A stretch of 63,996 nucleotides of DNA, the filler included, from Porpidia crustulata (Eukaryota), in NCBI GenBank assembly GCA_964255105.1. It is 13 parts of 13 records of this genome, joined end to end, with 100 filler letters (N's around TTAATTAATTAA, not from the genome) between each part and the next. Parts side by side here need not be neighbours in the genome. Positions count along the whole stretch, not along the records: positions 19,818 to 24,663 come from CAXUWE010001983.1; positions 24,764 to 29,608 come from CAXUWE010001984.1; positions 29,709 to 34,549 come from CAXUWE010001985.1; positions 34,650 to 39,482 come from CAXUWE010001986.1; 9 more parts are not named here. One strand, 5' to 3'. A program made the position numbers and the translations under genes. This document shows positions 24,485 to 36,907 of this stretch, piece after piece. Numbering within the stretch: the stretch's first letter is position 1; every line of letters begins with the position of its first letter. The notes under the pieces were generated by a model, which was given only the letters and a program-made list of their open reading frames with translations, was not told the origin of the DNA and made no database searches.

Positions 24485-25177
24485 GAGGACGGGTATCAGG
24501 GGGTAACACGCATAGGAAGGATTTGTACATATTGGAGGATTGACAAGAAGGAGATAGCTTCAAGGCCAGGGAGGAGACATTGCACTTTGTCTCCATTGAT
24601 TGCTGAGTGTCCGCAAATAACGACGATCAGAGAACGACGCAGCCAAAAATGCACGCTTCGCTTNNNNNNNNNNNNNNNNNNNNNNNNNNNNNNNNNNNNN
24701 NNNNNNNTTAATTAATTAANNNNNNNNNNNNNNNNNNNNNNNNNNNNNNNNNNNNNNNNNNNNGGGATGGAGGGTTGTATTATGGTTGTATTATATGTGT
24801 GAAAATCATCCGTGCTTGCTTTCTGGATTTTTTGGTGTTTATTAGGTGCTTTGTATTGAGCTGTGTGCAAGTGGTGGTTCGGGGGTGCTTTGTTATTAAA
24901 GTCGCATGATGGAAGGCGATATATTCTGAACACACCTCCCCGTCGCTCTGATCAATTCACTCACATGTCTCGACCCTACTGAATAGGACATTTCACGCCG
25001 GATATAGACTTTTCATATTCCACCCCCAAGTCTACAACCCTACTCGTACATTATCTACAAAACCCCACATAGCGAGCTCGCATGTACGCCCAGCAGCCTT
25101 TTCTCCTCTCCCATATGATTTGAGATGGAAAAAGCGTTTGCGATACCCAAACTTTTCGGCGGCCCAAATATCTGTTT

Positions 25178-27027
25178 TCAGCCCATCACCATACCTTTCA
25201 AACCGGCCATGTCACCTTCTTTGGCGGCAATTTCAAAGTATCCGTAGATGATCCTGTCGAGACGGCGTTAGTAATTCCTCTGTTCGTTCTTGGGGGGTTT
25301 CGGAACTCACGTTACAGCCAACAGGATCCCTGTCCCGCTCCCCAAGGCGCCCATCAAATCGCTGGCCACGCTCAAGCCTCCGATACAGGCGCCTCCGAAC
25401 GCCGCGGCGGTCGGAATCACCCTCTTCAGCTCCTTGTACATGCTCTGTTCCCGGTGTCCGGCCATGACGAGCCCCTGCTCCTTAAGCTGCTTTGCGACGT
25501 CGCGGGGAGCGGAGCCGGAGACTTCGATCCAGGTCTTGGAGAATACGGCGCAGGCGACGAGCATGAAGGTGATGTAGATCGCGGTGTGGACGGGGTCGAG
25601 GAGGGCTTCGGTAAAGTCTGAATGATTGTTAACGTGTGAAGGTATTAAGTTCAGGATGATATGTAGGACTGACTCAGTGGGGGACTCATGTAGTAGGCAA
25701 CACCAGAGGTAGCGTAGAGCTGGGCCGAACCTTCGCGGGGTTCCCAGACACCGAGAAGCTTGATGAGAAGGTTGTCCGAGAAGCGAGAGTACAACATCTG
25801 GCTGAAGAGGAAGATGTTGGAGGAAAGAGCCGACTGGAGCATGATAGGCATGTTGGAAGTGTAAAAGAGACGGACGGGGTAGGAACCGCGCATTCCCCTA
25901 CATCAGATTGTCAGATAGCCATCTCACTATCGTCATCATTGCGAGACATTCTGTTCGTGAGTCTACTGACCTTTGCCTACTGCTCTTGACAGGAATCTCG
26001 ACACGGAATCCTTGTAGATAGATGACTGCCGCGAAGACGATGAGGGTCGCTAGGAGGTTCATGATGTTGGGCAGATTTTGCCTGTAAAACGCCTCGCGTA
26101 GTGCTCTTTGCTTGTCAGGCCAAGTAAGCAGCAGATGGAAGAGCGCAACGACGGCTCCCTCAAACTCAGGTCCTCGGCCAGTGTTGATAGTGGTCGGGGA
26201 GAAAGCCTTCCAGATAATGGATTCGCAAATGTTTGTAGCGATGAACAGAGAGATACCACTGCCCAGTCCATAACCCTTTTGTAGAAGCTCATCCAGTAGA
26301 ATGACAATAAGACCTGCAACGACCAATTGGACCACCAAAAGCACGCAGACACCGGCACCAAGGTCAGATGGCTGTCCGTAAAGACCGGTGAGCACGTAAA
26401 CGCAAGCTTGGCCGAACGATATAATGATGGCAAAGAGCTTTTGCGCGGTCTGGTAAAGTTCACGATCGGTCTTCAGGTCCAAATTGACATCGATCAAGTG
26501 GGTACCGGCAAGAAGCTAGGGGTTGATCAGCAGGCGGTCCCAGTCCACATGTGTGTTTTCTACATACTTGAAAGACCATGCCCGAAGAGATGATAGGCGT
26601 AATACCAAGCTCCATCAGCGTCCCCCTGTTACTAGCCAACATCATCCGAAGCCAGTAGAGCGGATCCGAGGTGTCTGACCTGCAATATGTCAGGAGAACC
26701 AGCATGCCCGACACCACTCTCAGACCACTTACGATACAATGCCGTATAAGGGCATCTGGCTCATGACCAGGAAAATGAGTAGCGTCAAGCCAGTCCACAT
26801 TAACCTAATATATATCAGCACATGCCACAGCATGAGAAAGGGCTGAGGCGCCGGACTTTTGGTTGAAGGGGATTTTGTTCTCCGGGCTGGCCACCTCTGG
26901 TAGTAGCGGAGTGAAGGGCTTGATCAGGTCGAGGAATCGTACTGTGCACAGCAAACATATCAGCTTGAATGCTTCACACGGGCAACTCTGCATAGAGAGG
27001 TAGCAAGATTAACTGACAGCCGCTCAT
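25178..27027 (-). CDS. SEC61: Protein translocon Sec61 alpha subunit, multi-exon
   Basis: [105 protein letters not shown]. Confidence 0.98.
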
Positions 27028-27572
27028 GGTCACGACGGTGCCGCAATGCGGACTTCAGCTTCTGGAGGTGTTGGTATAGCTATCAATAGAGATTGGACTT
27101 GAAGGTGCTCCTCCGGTGCCTACAAGAGTTGTTGATGGAATCGGTAGTAAAAGGAGTGTCTGAAATCAATGGTTGGTGCTGGGGTATTATGGAAATTCGA
27201 ATTTGCCGAGAGGACACATTTCACGCTAGCTCCGTCACTACGAGTTCGCACAGGACAGACAACAGACGGCTTCCATGCTCCAAGACAGGATAGAGAGCAC
27301 ACTGAAGGCCTTTGACCACGAAAGACCTCAACAGGCAAGCGAATCATTGATCTTGACACCTATCGTTCTAGAGACAAATGTATTGAAGGATTTTGTTTGC
27401 AAACTCGGCTCGATACTATCCTACGAAATACAATCTTTACAATAAAAACCCAAAGACTTCAGTATACTCTCACAAGAAAGTGATCAATATCTCGACACTG
27501 TCCTAAGAAATATAACCTTTCCAATGAAACCGCAAGATAAAGATCAATTTCCCATTTTCAACCAATGCTACT

Positions 27573-28406
27573 TCATCTCGAATAAAAGCCCCAAGTCTCG
27601 TGCACAAGTTTCCTCTCCGCTGCGTCTCTGGTACCGGTGATTATAACTCGCGTCGTCTTCCAGTACTTTCTAAGTATGGACAATTGCTGGCAGACGATTT
27701 TGATGATCCCCCATCGATAGCAGTCGTCCCGACACCGGCAGTCGTCCAGGGTGAAAGTGAATGATACCAAATTAAACATATGCGCCAGCACTTGTCTCTT
27801 CCACCACCACGAAGCTTCAAACTCACAGAGAAGGTTTACGTATCTTAGGCCTTCTTGTTCACTCTCACTATATTCATCGAAGCCCCGGATGCTCTCATCC
27901 ATCTGCGTCGGTGGGGTTGAAGTCTCGATTCGAAGCTTTTCTGGCACCAAATGTTCAATCGAGGGATAGTCAAGTGTGGGTATGACATCGTTCCCGGCAG
28001 AATAGTCGAAATCCAACGCAGTGATTACATGGCGGAAAAATTGGGCATGAGTAGTCCAAAAGGCGTGTGCGACTTTCCAGTCTATCTTGGGGGGAAGTTG
28101 GCCTCGGAACCCCGGTGTGTACTTCTTGTTATCTCCTGCTCCACGGTAGAGCTGCCATTTGTTGCTACCAAAAAGAATAGCTTTAGCTTCCCAATGGATC
28201 TGCCTGTTGATCAAGGTGACGGAAAGGTCGAGCTTCTTCGAGTTCTTTACGGCGATTTTATACCGCTTTTGACCCACGAATGGATCCATTACTCCGTTGG
28301 CCTGCACAGCGTACTTGTAAATCATATTCCGGATCTCTCGGGGTAGGTCTCGGAAGCGAAATTGAGAGGCATCCGGTGGTAGGAACGCAGCAATAAGATC
28401 ATCCAT
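27573..28406 (-). CDS. Hypothetical protein with N-terminal F-box-like motif (277 aa)
   Basis: FRFRDLPREIRNMIYKY and TLINRQIHWEAKAILFGSN pattern typical of expanded Pezizomycotina F-box-like families; intronless ORF. Confidence 0.75.
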   Translation of the reverse strand: MDDLIAAFLPPDASQFRFRDLPREIRNMIYKYAVQANGVMDPFVGQKRYKIAVKNSKKLDLSVTLINRQIHWEAKAILFGSNKWQLYRGAGDNKKYTPGFRGQLPPKIDWKVAHAFWTTHAQFFRHVITALDFDYSAGNDVIPTLDYPSIEHLVPEKLRIETSTPPTQMDESIRGFDEYSESEQEGLRYVNLLCEFEASWWWKRQVLAHMFNLVSFTFTLDDCRCRDDCYRWGIIKIVCQQLSILRKYWKTTRVIITGTRDAAERKLVHETWGFYSR

Positions 28407-29907
28407 CTCGTTTATAGGCTCCTTAAATATTGGATTCTACTACGCTGTTTGATTAGTCAATCGCTCAAGCCTTGCTCTCGAAGGCTTCCTACCACTTGTA
28501 TTCCTTCAACGCTATACAAATATCGCTCACCACCTTCTCCACAGTCTGCCTACGCTGGTGTACTAGCTCCTGAGATGTTCAAACCGCCGGACTCTAAAAA
28601 TATATCTCTCGTAGAAGACTACTACAATGTTCAAGCAAGAATAAACAGAAGCATAAAAGCTCTATTGATGCATACAAATACGATATGCGTTATGTTAAAC
28701 GATGGACAGTTATTCAAAAGAAATTCATAGCAGGCTTCCCATCTTGTTATATATCTTTTGCTCACAATTCATGACTCTTCCTTGCCATTCATCATAAATG
28801 GCCCCATCTGGAATGGATCGAATTGTCATTCATGGATAACGGACCCTGGGTCTTGACCCGCCCGCCCATTGTTGAAATGCCATGAATCGGGCATTGATCC
28901 ATGGATGGAATTCTTGCATCCATGGGTGCCCGGTTGCGTAATAAGAATCATTTTCATTCACTAGCAGAAGTTCTACCGTTTCATTTCAGCAATAAATCAC
29001 CCCAGTCTTTCCGCTAGGTCAAACCCCATTCCCGACGCAGACGTACCTACAGAAGAAAACTTATTTCCTCCACATCACATGACCCCTCGCGACCAGGATT
29101 CTTCCTTTATTGCAGTCCCTCCTGCACAAACAACCCGTCCAAACCACGGATTAGACATGGAAAAAAAAACCAACAACCAAATACTACCCGCAACACATAT
29201 CACCGCTTAACACATTTCTACCTAAAAATCAAGCACGAACTTTGCCTATCAGGTAAATATACAACAGCCAGCGAACCATGGGATCCGATCAATTCCGATG
29301 AGAAATTCCGAAAAGACTGCAACCAGGAATCAGAAGGGGTAAAAAAAGCCGAAACAATTTGGCCGCGAAAGCTTTTTGGTCGAGGTGCAATGAGTCCCTA
29401 TTTTCTACTGCTTTTGGCAAACAGTCCATTCGGCTGAGTTGGTGGCGTAGTGTTTTGATTAATTGAGCTAGTCCTGTTTGGGGGATTTGGGTTGGGGTGG
29501 TATTTTTGCTGTTGCGTATTCTGTGGTTGGGGGATGATGGGAGTCGAGAAAGAGATAGGATCTGCTGGGAGGTGAAGGGGGCAGGCGGGTGGGGAGTGAG
29601 AGAGGGGTNNNNNNNNNNNNNNNNNNNNNNNNNNNNNNNNNNNNNNNNNNNNTTAATTAATTAANNNNNNNNNNNNNNNNNNNNNNNNNNNNNNNNNNNN
29701 NNNNNNNNGTTTTATCTACTAGTTTTCGGGCAGGGTGGTCCGTCGAGGGGTGAGAACGAGTAGAAGACGTAGCTACTTATGCTGTGTTGCTCAGGCTAGT
29801 TTTTAATCTTCGGACACCTAAAATTAAAAAGTAGCCTGAGTAGACCATGCGGCAATTGGATAGGCGAGCGCTGACGCTATATACATTCATCTTTCTCCTA
29901 CGCATTG

Positions 29908-30828
29908 CTACGTCTTGTCATTATACTCGGTAAAAACCCGCAGGACATCTTCCGCGCCCTCCTCAGCCGCGATCTGCGCCGCCGTCTTACCCAGCCCGTC
30001 GACCGTGTCCGGCTTGGCGCCGCGCGACAGCAAGAACCGAACCATGTCCGGCCGCGAGACTTGTCTTGTTTCGGGCATGTGCGGCCCTTCGCCGGCGCCG
30101 GCGGCGAAATGGAGGGGATATCCCGTGATTTCGACGGTGCCTGCGACGTAGTTGTCGTGCGTGTAGGCCTCGTTGATGTCGGCGCCGTGGTCGAGCAGGA
30201 TGGCGGCGTTGCGGCGTTGGCCATTTTCGGCGGCTTGGCGGATCGCTTGGGATCCTTCGAGTTTGGAGCCGTGGTGGAGGAGGAGTTGGAGCATTTTGGA
30301 GGATGGGCGGCGCGCGGCGGCGCCGAGGTAGGTGTCTTCGGGCTGGATGTAGCGGCCGGTGGGATTGGCGCCGCGGGAGAGGAGGAATTTGGCGAGGTCG
30401 AGTTTGTTTGCTGCGACGGCGCAGGCGAAGGGGTTGATGGCCCGCTCGAGGTTGTGGTCGGGTTGCATGCCGTATTCAAGGAAGAGTTTGAAGACGCTGA
30501 GGGCGTTGCTGCCTTCCAGGGCTTCGTGGATGATGCTGTCTTCGTAGATTCTCCATTGCGGTGAGATTCGATTGGCGTTTTTCAGTAGGCCGGGCTCCCA
30601 TGGGTGTCGGGGAAGTTGTTGGGTGGAGGCAGGAAGCGAGTCGAATACTAGACGGATTGCGTCCGCTTGGCCGTGTTTGGCTGCTGTTTGGAGTAGGAAT
30701 TGAGGAGTCGGCACGGAATTTGGGGGGGTGCGATGGTATTCCGGCAAAAGTAGCTCAAGCTCGGAGAGCTGGCCTGTTGCACAGGCGTTGATAAGCTTTT
30801 GGGCGAGCTCTTGGTTTGGGTCGGTCAT
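29908..30828 (-). CDS. Ankyrin-repeat protein (306 aa)
   Basis: Repeats AAKHGQ, AVAANKLDLAKFLLSRGANP, AAENGQ..AAILLDHGADIN, PLHFAA...VRFLLSRGAKP..DGLGKTAAQIAA. Confidence 0.9.
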   Translation of the reverse strand: MTDPNQELAQKLINACATGQLSELELLLPEYHRTPPNSVPTPQFLLQTAAKHGQADAIRLVFDSLPASTQQLPRHPWEPGLLKNANRISPQWRIYEDSIIHEALEGSNALSVFKLFLEYGMQPDHNLERAINPFACAVAANKLDLAKFLLSRGANPTGRYIQPEDTYLGAAARRPSSKMLQLLLHHGSKLEGSQAIRQAAENGQRRNAAILLDHGADINEAYTHDNYVAGTVEITGYPLHFAAGAGEGPHMPETRQVSRPDMVRFLLSRGAKPDTVDGLGKTAAQIAAEEGAEDVLRVFTEYNDKT

Positions 30829-31508
30829 GGTCAGTGCGGCGTAGTTCTGATTAACAGCCCAAAGACTATGATTTCGGAATGCCGGATGACGGCTTTGGTC
30901 TGGGGCGTGTCGATCAAACTCCTGTCAAAGAGCAACGAACTGACAGTGGAACAAAAAGAGATGGTATTGAGTACGGAGAATACGTTGTACTCGTAGGCAA
31001 GGGTTGACGGGCAAAGCCTAGAGTTGGAAATATCTACATAGATTGACGGACCCAAGGTACGCGCTCACATATGATGAATTGAGATTCAGCCTGCTGCCTA
31101 CACATATTTTGCCTCAGAGAACGGGGTAGTGAAGGGGGAGCAGCGAGGCGTGTCAACAATCCTTCGAGGAGAGAATAGCAACATCAACGGTCATAGCTAG
31201 CTTACTCTAGTATAATGCACCTTTAGGATCACCGAGAACCGATAGAGATGAGAGCTAGGTAAGGGAGAACGCCACGCGGAGATAGGACAGTCAAGCATAG
31301 ATAAACTGAACTACAAATAGAGCGATTAGAGTCGAAGTTGACTGAATTGACTGTTGTTGTTCACCATCGGGATACCTTGAGGCTTAGGTGCGAAAGGGTA
31401 AGACTACACGATTCGATTCGATTAGATTAGATCAGATCTTGGCCGTGGAAATATATTTGCGTTTCCATTTCCTTATATGGATTATCAATTTGGGAAACTG
31501 TTCGAGAC

Positions 31509-33774
31509 ATGGCACCTTCTGTTCGTGGACGAGGGTCGGCGAGGGGAACACAAAGTTTTCGTGCCGGAGGTAGAGGTGGTAGAGGAAGAGGAAGGGGCAA
31601 CGCAAAAGGATATGGCCAAAACCGATCAACTTTCATCTCAACTAGGGTTGAGGAACCGTTCAGAGACGACTCCGATGGAACTCGTGAAAGCCCAGAGCCT
31701 GGAGGCGAGTCGCAAGAACAACTGTCTGAGGATTCGCTGAGTGACAGTGGAGATGAAATCGTGGCGAACGCTAGCATCAATTCTTACAGTATTTTGCTCC
31801 AGTCATTAAACGCAAAAAATGAACAAGGACAGCCGCAAAGGAAGAAGCGTAAGATCGAAGACAAGGAGCACTTGAGAGAGGAAATAGAATTGGAACAAGA
31901 CTTAGACTTTGTTGAGGAGCTAGAGGAAGCCGAGCATCCCGAGTTCGCTAACACCGGGGATGCTGATGAGGTGGATGATGTTGAAGATAGTGAGCTTTTG
32001 CAAGTATATATGCGTACTCCGTCTCATACTATTAGGTGATCCCTTCATAACGCAGTTCGAACCTTCCGACGAGACAGAACTTGCTCGGCAAATTTCAAGC
32101 GTCAAAAATGATAGTTGGTACTCAGCAAAGGGAGTCAAAGAGTCTACTTGGTCATCTTCATTCAAGTATCCAGTCGGCTCTAAACCTGCGCTATCATACG
32201 AACCAAAAAAACCATGGAGTACACAAGAGCTAAATGTAAGACTCTCTCTTGGTAATTCTAACATCACTAACCTGGCACAGCTGAAACAGAAATTGAAAGA
32301 GCCTGCGGCAAGACTATTGCTACCGCTGAATGACTTGTCCAGGAACCTCACCATGTCTATCTTTGACTATCAGGATGTGCTGTTTGCCAATAGATCTCCG
32401 GGAAACGCGGAAGACGTTCGAAAATTAGCTTGTCTACATATACTGAATCACATCACCAAGACCCGTGACAAGGTAATCAAGAATAATGCACGACTTGCGA
32501 AAGAAAATGATGGAAGGGACCTAGAAATTCGGGATCAAGGTTTCACTCGCCCGAAAGTGCTGATCATTCTGCCAACACGTCAATCATGCGTACGCTATGT
32601 TGACACCATAATCTCGTTGTGGGAACCAGAGCAGCAGGAGAACCATAAAAGATTCCGGGATTCCTATGCACAAGGCGAAGATAATTTCTCGGAAGACAAG
32701 ACAGCCGACTTCAGAGAACTCTTTGGTGGCAATGATGACGATATGTTTCGTGTCGGTATGAAGTTCACTCGGAAAACGGTGAAGTATTTTGCGCAATTCT
32801 ATAATTCTGATATCATCTTTGCAAGTCCCCTTGGGCTTCGAATGGCGCTTGGAATGGACGAAGGCAAGAAGCAAGATCATGACTTTCTTAGCTCAATCGA
32901 AATCGCTGTTGTAGATCAAGCCGACGCGCTTTCGATGCAGAATTGGGAGCACATGGATTACATCTTTGACCATCTCAACCTGCAGCCCAAGGAAGCGCAC
33001 GGTTGTGACTTTGGTCGCGTAAGAAGCTGGTATCTCGATGGACATGCAAAATATTTGAGGCAGACTATTCTACTCTCTGCGTTCAATTTTCCATCGCTGA
33101 ACAAGCTCTATAGCTCACATATGTCTAATGTGGCAGGGAAGGTCAAGTTCTCCGGCATATGCGAAGGTGCGATGCTTGACTTGGGCATTGCACCCAAGCA
33201 GACATTCTCGCGCTACGACTACACAAGCCCAGTCACCGATCCTGATGATAGATTCGCACATTTCATCTCCACCATCGTGCCATCTTTGACAAAATACTCA
33301 GATAGTGGCGCCCGAAAAGGGCAAGGTGTGCTTGTATACCTTCCACTATATGCAGATTTCGTTCGTGTCAGGAATTACTTGGCATCGTCTTCGACTACAC
33401 AAAACATTTCATTCGGCTCGATTTCCGAGTACACATCGGTACGCGATGTCGCTCGAGCTAGGAGCCATTTTTTCACCGGTCGCCACTCGGTGTTGCTGTA
33501 CACAGAAAGAGCACATCACTTCCGGCGATATCATCTCAGAGGAGTGAAAAAGGTGGTCATGTACGGATTGCCTGATAATCCCATATTCTATAAGGAAGTT
33601 GTAGGAGGCTTCCTCAGCTCAAGTATCGCGGAGGCGAAAGTGGACGTCAGCGAAGCAAATGTACGAAGCTTGTTCTCTCGACTAGACGTCTTGAAGCTTG
33701 AGAGGATTGTCGGAACCAAACGATACCTTTCGTTACTTAGAAACAAGTTTGGAGATACTTTTGACTTTATCTAA
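31509..33774 (+). CDS. UTP25: U3 snoRNA-associated protein 25 (introns 31990-32035 and 32236-32280)
   Basis: RGG-rich N-terminus; [40 protein letters not shown]...[27 protein letters not shown]. Confidence 0.96.
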
Positions 33775-35521
33775 TACATCTATCTCCCCGAATCTTTGTT
33801 CACACCAAAATGTGGCAAGCAGTTGCACATCATCCCAGGCATTTTCTATTGTCGCTAGTGCGGTCTCTTCCAGATTTCTGTGAATGAAATGACTCTTCCC
33901 GCTTTGCTGTTCATTTCTACTGGTTTTATTCAAAGATCACTTTCAGGCTGGCCATCCCTGATTAGCACATTATTGATGGTCAATACCGCAATCGATGGCT
34001 CAAATCCATCGATTTGGCGGCGGTTCAGCAGTCTCAGATCGCTCTCAACAAGGTGCCCCTTGGTCGTGGAGATTCACTCCAATGTACGCAGAGTGTGGGG
34101 AGTATTCGGATTACTGTTCATATCACTTCACACCAAGCGGTGAGCCTGCAGTGAGGAATTACCGGATTAGCGTTCCTCACGTATCCCCATTTCATCTCTT
34201 GCGTGTCCTTTGGACTTACTGTCACTCCCACCTTATTACATACACAGAGCTTCAATACAGGGCTTCTTATTATTGAGCTTTTGCAACTTCGCTGGTACTA
34301 CCATTGACTTTGTTTTCCTTCCATATTTTTATTTAATACGCTCCATTTTTGCGCCACCAGGCACTTTCTTGCACGAATCAGCCATGCTCTTGGATCTACC
34401 TTTGGGATTTCAGTACCAGCTTTACTCTATTTCTCAGCATCTTGCGATCTCCGGTAAAGCTAGCACTAATCCACGCCTACCAATATATTATGTATAGTCA
34501 TCCGCCTTATCAAAACTGGTCTCAAAATCATAACTACGGTAAGTTGGTCNNNNNNNNNNNNNNNNNNNNNNNNNNNNNNNNNNNNNNNNNNNNTTAATTA
34601 ATTAANNNNNNNNNNNNNNNNNNNNNNNNNNNNNNNNNNNNNNNNNNNNAGATGGGAGTTTGCGAGAGGAACGATGGGGACTGCACGGGGTTTGGTAGAT
34701 GAGGTAGAGGGATTCGAGGGTTGGGATTCTGAATTTATGGAGGATAAATTTTTTTATATGATTTTAAGGCAGTTTTCCGTATTTTGTTTAGCTTTCTTAT
34801 ATCTTTTATCAATCCTAGAAGTAATAGCTACAATTAACACCTAGCCTTATTTATTTATTTTTTGCAAGCGGTTTAGCGTCGAGTACCAAAGCCGGCGTGT
34901 CTAGATTGCCGGTTGTGGTGAGTCGTAAGGAATGGGAGAGAATTGACGTTTCCGGGATATTGGGAGAAACTGTGGCTTGTTGCTGAGACTTGTATGTTTG
35001 TTGAATGGATAGATGAATAAATGAACATTATACGAACGACTCTAATGGCATGCAGAAACTATAACGATACAACGAAAAGCGTGAGGATGTGTGAAACTAG
35101 GTCTCGAGATTGTATTTGGCCAGTCTGTTGTGTTGCAAGCGGGCCATAAGGTCTGAATAGGATAAGGGTTGGATACATAGGATAAAGCTAGAGGTAGATC
35201 CTAATTGCATAAGTCTTTTGACTTGAAGTTGTGCTACGAAGAAGGTGGATCGGAGCTGTTGCGCTGTCGAGATCGGGTTTGTTGTACGTGGCAGCTGTAG
35301 GGAGATCTTGAATAGAGGTAGTGGATGTCGCAGGGGCAGGGTGCCTGTGGCTAGGAAACTCAGGCATTTGAGATTTGGATGAGGGGCGCAATGTCATGTT
35401 GTGGCGAACTCCTGAGATGGCCATTATTGGATGCGGTGGTGTTGATAAACCTGAGGTAATAGGATAGAGTAAAGGAAAGAATAGTGAAATACATGAAAGT
35501 GTTAGAAGGCTTTACATTCAC

Positions 35522-35882
35522 AACGAGTAGCCCCGTTTTTCGTTGAGCGCGACTGCTCGAAAAAAGAATAGGTTTGTAGATAAAATGACAAAAGAGTTCC
35601 CACCCTCCCCCCACAGGGGAGGGTGGTAATCTTTGTCTGTAGTTAGTAGAGCCTCCGATTGCCCCGTGCTCAAGGGGTTCTGTGTCGAAATTCGAACTAG
35701 AGCCACCTTCTCGATAAAGGTGGATGGTGCCAGCCGGGCTCGAACCAGAGCCACCCTGAAATAGGTGGATGTGTCGAGCCCGCGCTGTATTGAGACAGAG
35801 CCACCCCCGATTGGGATGGTTGCTTCTGGCCGGTAAACCCGGCACCCTTAACTGGCTGCCGGGTTGGAACGGGAATAACGTT
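35522..35882. ncRNA. Candidate structured RNA (or DNA hairpin array) of unknown class
   Basis: Perfect stems: 35600-35610/35616-35626 (11 bp), 35703-35709/35717-35723 (7 bp), 35735-35743/35774-35782 (9 bp, enclosing CCACC/GGTGG), 35836-35844/35857-35865 (9 bp). Closing helices 35729-35733/35826-35830 and 35532-35537/35868-35873. AGAGCCACC occurs three times. Confidence 0.5.
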
Positions 35883-36907
35883 CTTATTATGGTATATATT
35901 TTTGAAATGATTGATAATCGAAATGAAGAAGGCACAGAATCGGAAACGCCTTTCAGAGGAGAGATACCCGCCACATTGTAATAATGAGGGAGCTTTTCGT
36001 ACTCAAATATTCCTCCAGAGGCTTATGTGGAACTTGATCATTACACCGACCTCTGGAACACCTACTTTTTGCTCTCGACATTGAGAACTTAGATACGGTC
36101 ACACCTTCCAATGATGGAATTACTCCTACTTTTCTTAAAGCAATTCGAGGCATGACTGCAATCTAGATAGCTAGCATTCAGTCAGCTTATCTTGCGTCGG
36201 ACCGATGATACCCCAACCTCCCCGATGGTTTGAATAGCTGGACATGCGTGATAATTCAATCAATATGTCGATATCGCCAAGCCGCGTACTCGATACTTCG
36301 CTGTTTGACAGTCTTAGAGGATCTTCGGATAGCTTCAATTGTTCGACCTGCACGTGACTCCGTGATTGCTCCTCCTAACTTTTTACAAGATTTTTAATCC
36401 AATAAGGGCCCCTTCCACAAGGCAGGAGGGCTAGCACATGGTCTTGGGAATTCTTTGCAGCACCTGATACTGCGATTGGCTACCTGGGTTAAAGTATGGC
36501 CGAGCTTTTCCCAATCGATTCCATCCAAATACTCTTCCCTGGGCAAGGGCTACCAAAGTCGAACTATTCCTTTTCAGTGATTATATGGTCATTGCGCTAG
36601 GCTTTTTTCGTCTTTAAATTGATCAAAAATCTCCAAAGTTTCGCCACCCAGTTCATGTTGCAGTACTTGAGACTTGGAGATTCTGCAGAAAACAAGTCTT
36701 TCATATTCAGCATATTCCAAGAAATAAAGTTTCATCCAATAGTCACATAAGTTGTACCTTCTTCCCCAACTTTGTCAATATTAATTCCACTCTCATAGCC
36801 GGTCGATCCTTCTAGGTCTCGCAAAAGTTCCACCGAAACCTTCATCAAGTATGTATACTGCGTATTCACTAGCGATAGATCTATCCTAACGGAAAGAAGA
36901 CAGCATC

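Noticed and set aside
28899..28925. Inverted repeat CCATGGATG/CATCCATGG
   Set aside because: A single isolated 9-bp stem without supporting context; plausible by chance.
35725..35847. tRNA-like ends on the minus strand (GGTGCCG...GGTTCGAGCCC...TGGCACCA)
   Set aside because: No D-arm or anticodon arm could be drawn and the T-stem is imperfect; not called as a tRNA gene.
35360..35974. 204-aa minus-strand ORF across the hairpin array
   Set aside because: GTG start and no recognisable domain. The third copy of the nucleotide repeat falls in a different reading phase, so the repeat is better explained at the nucleic-acid level.
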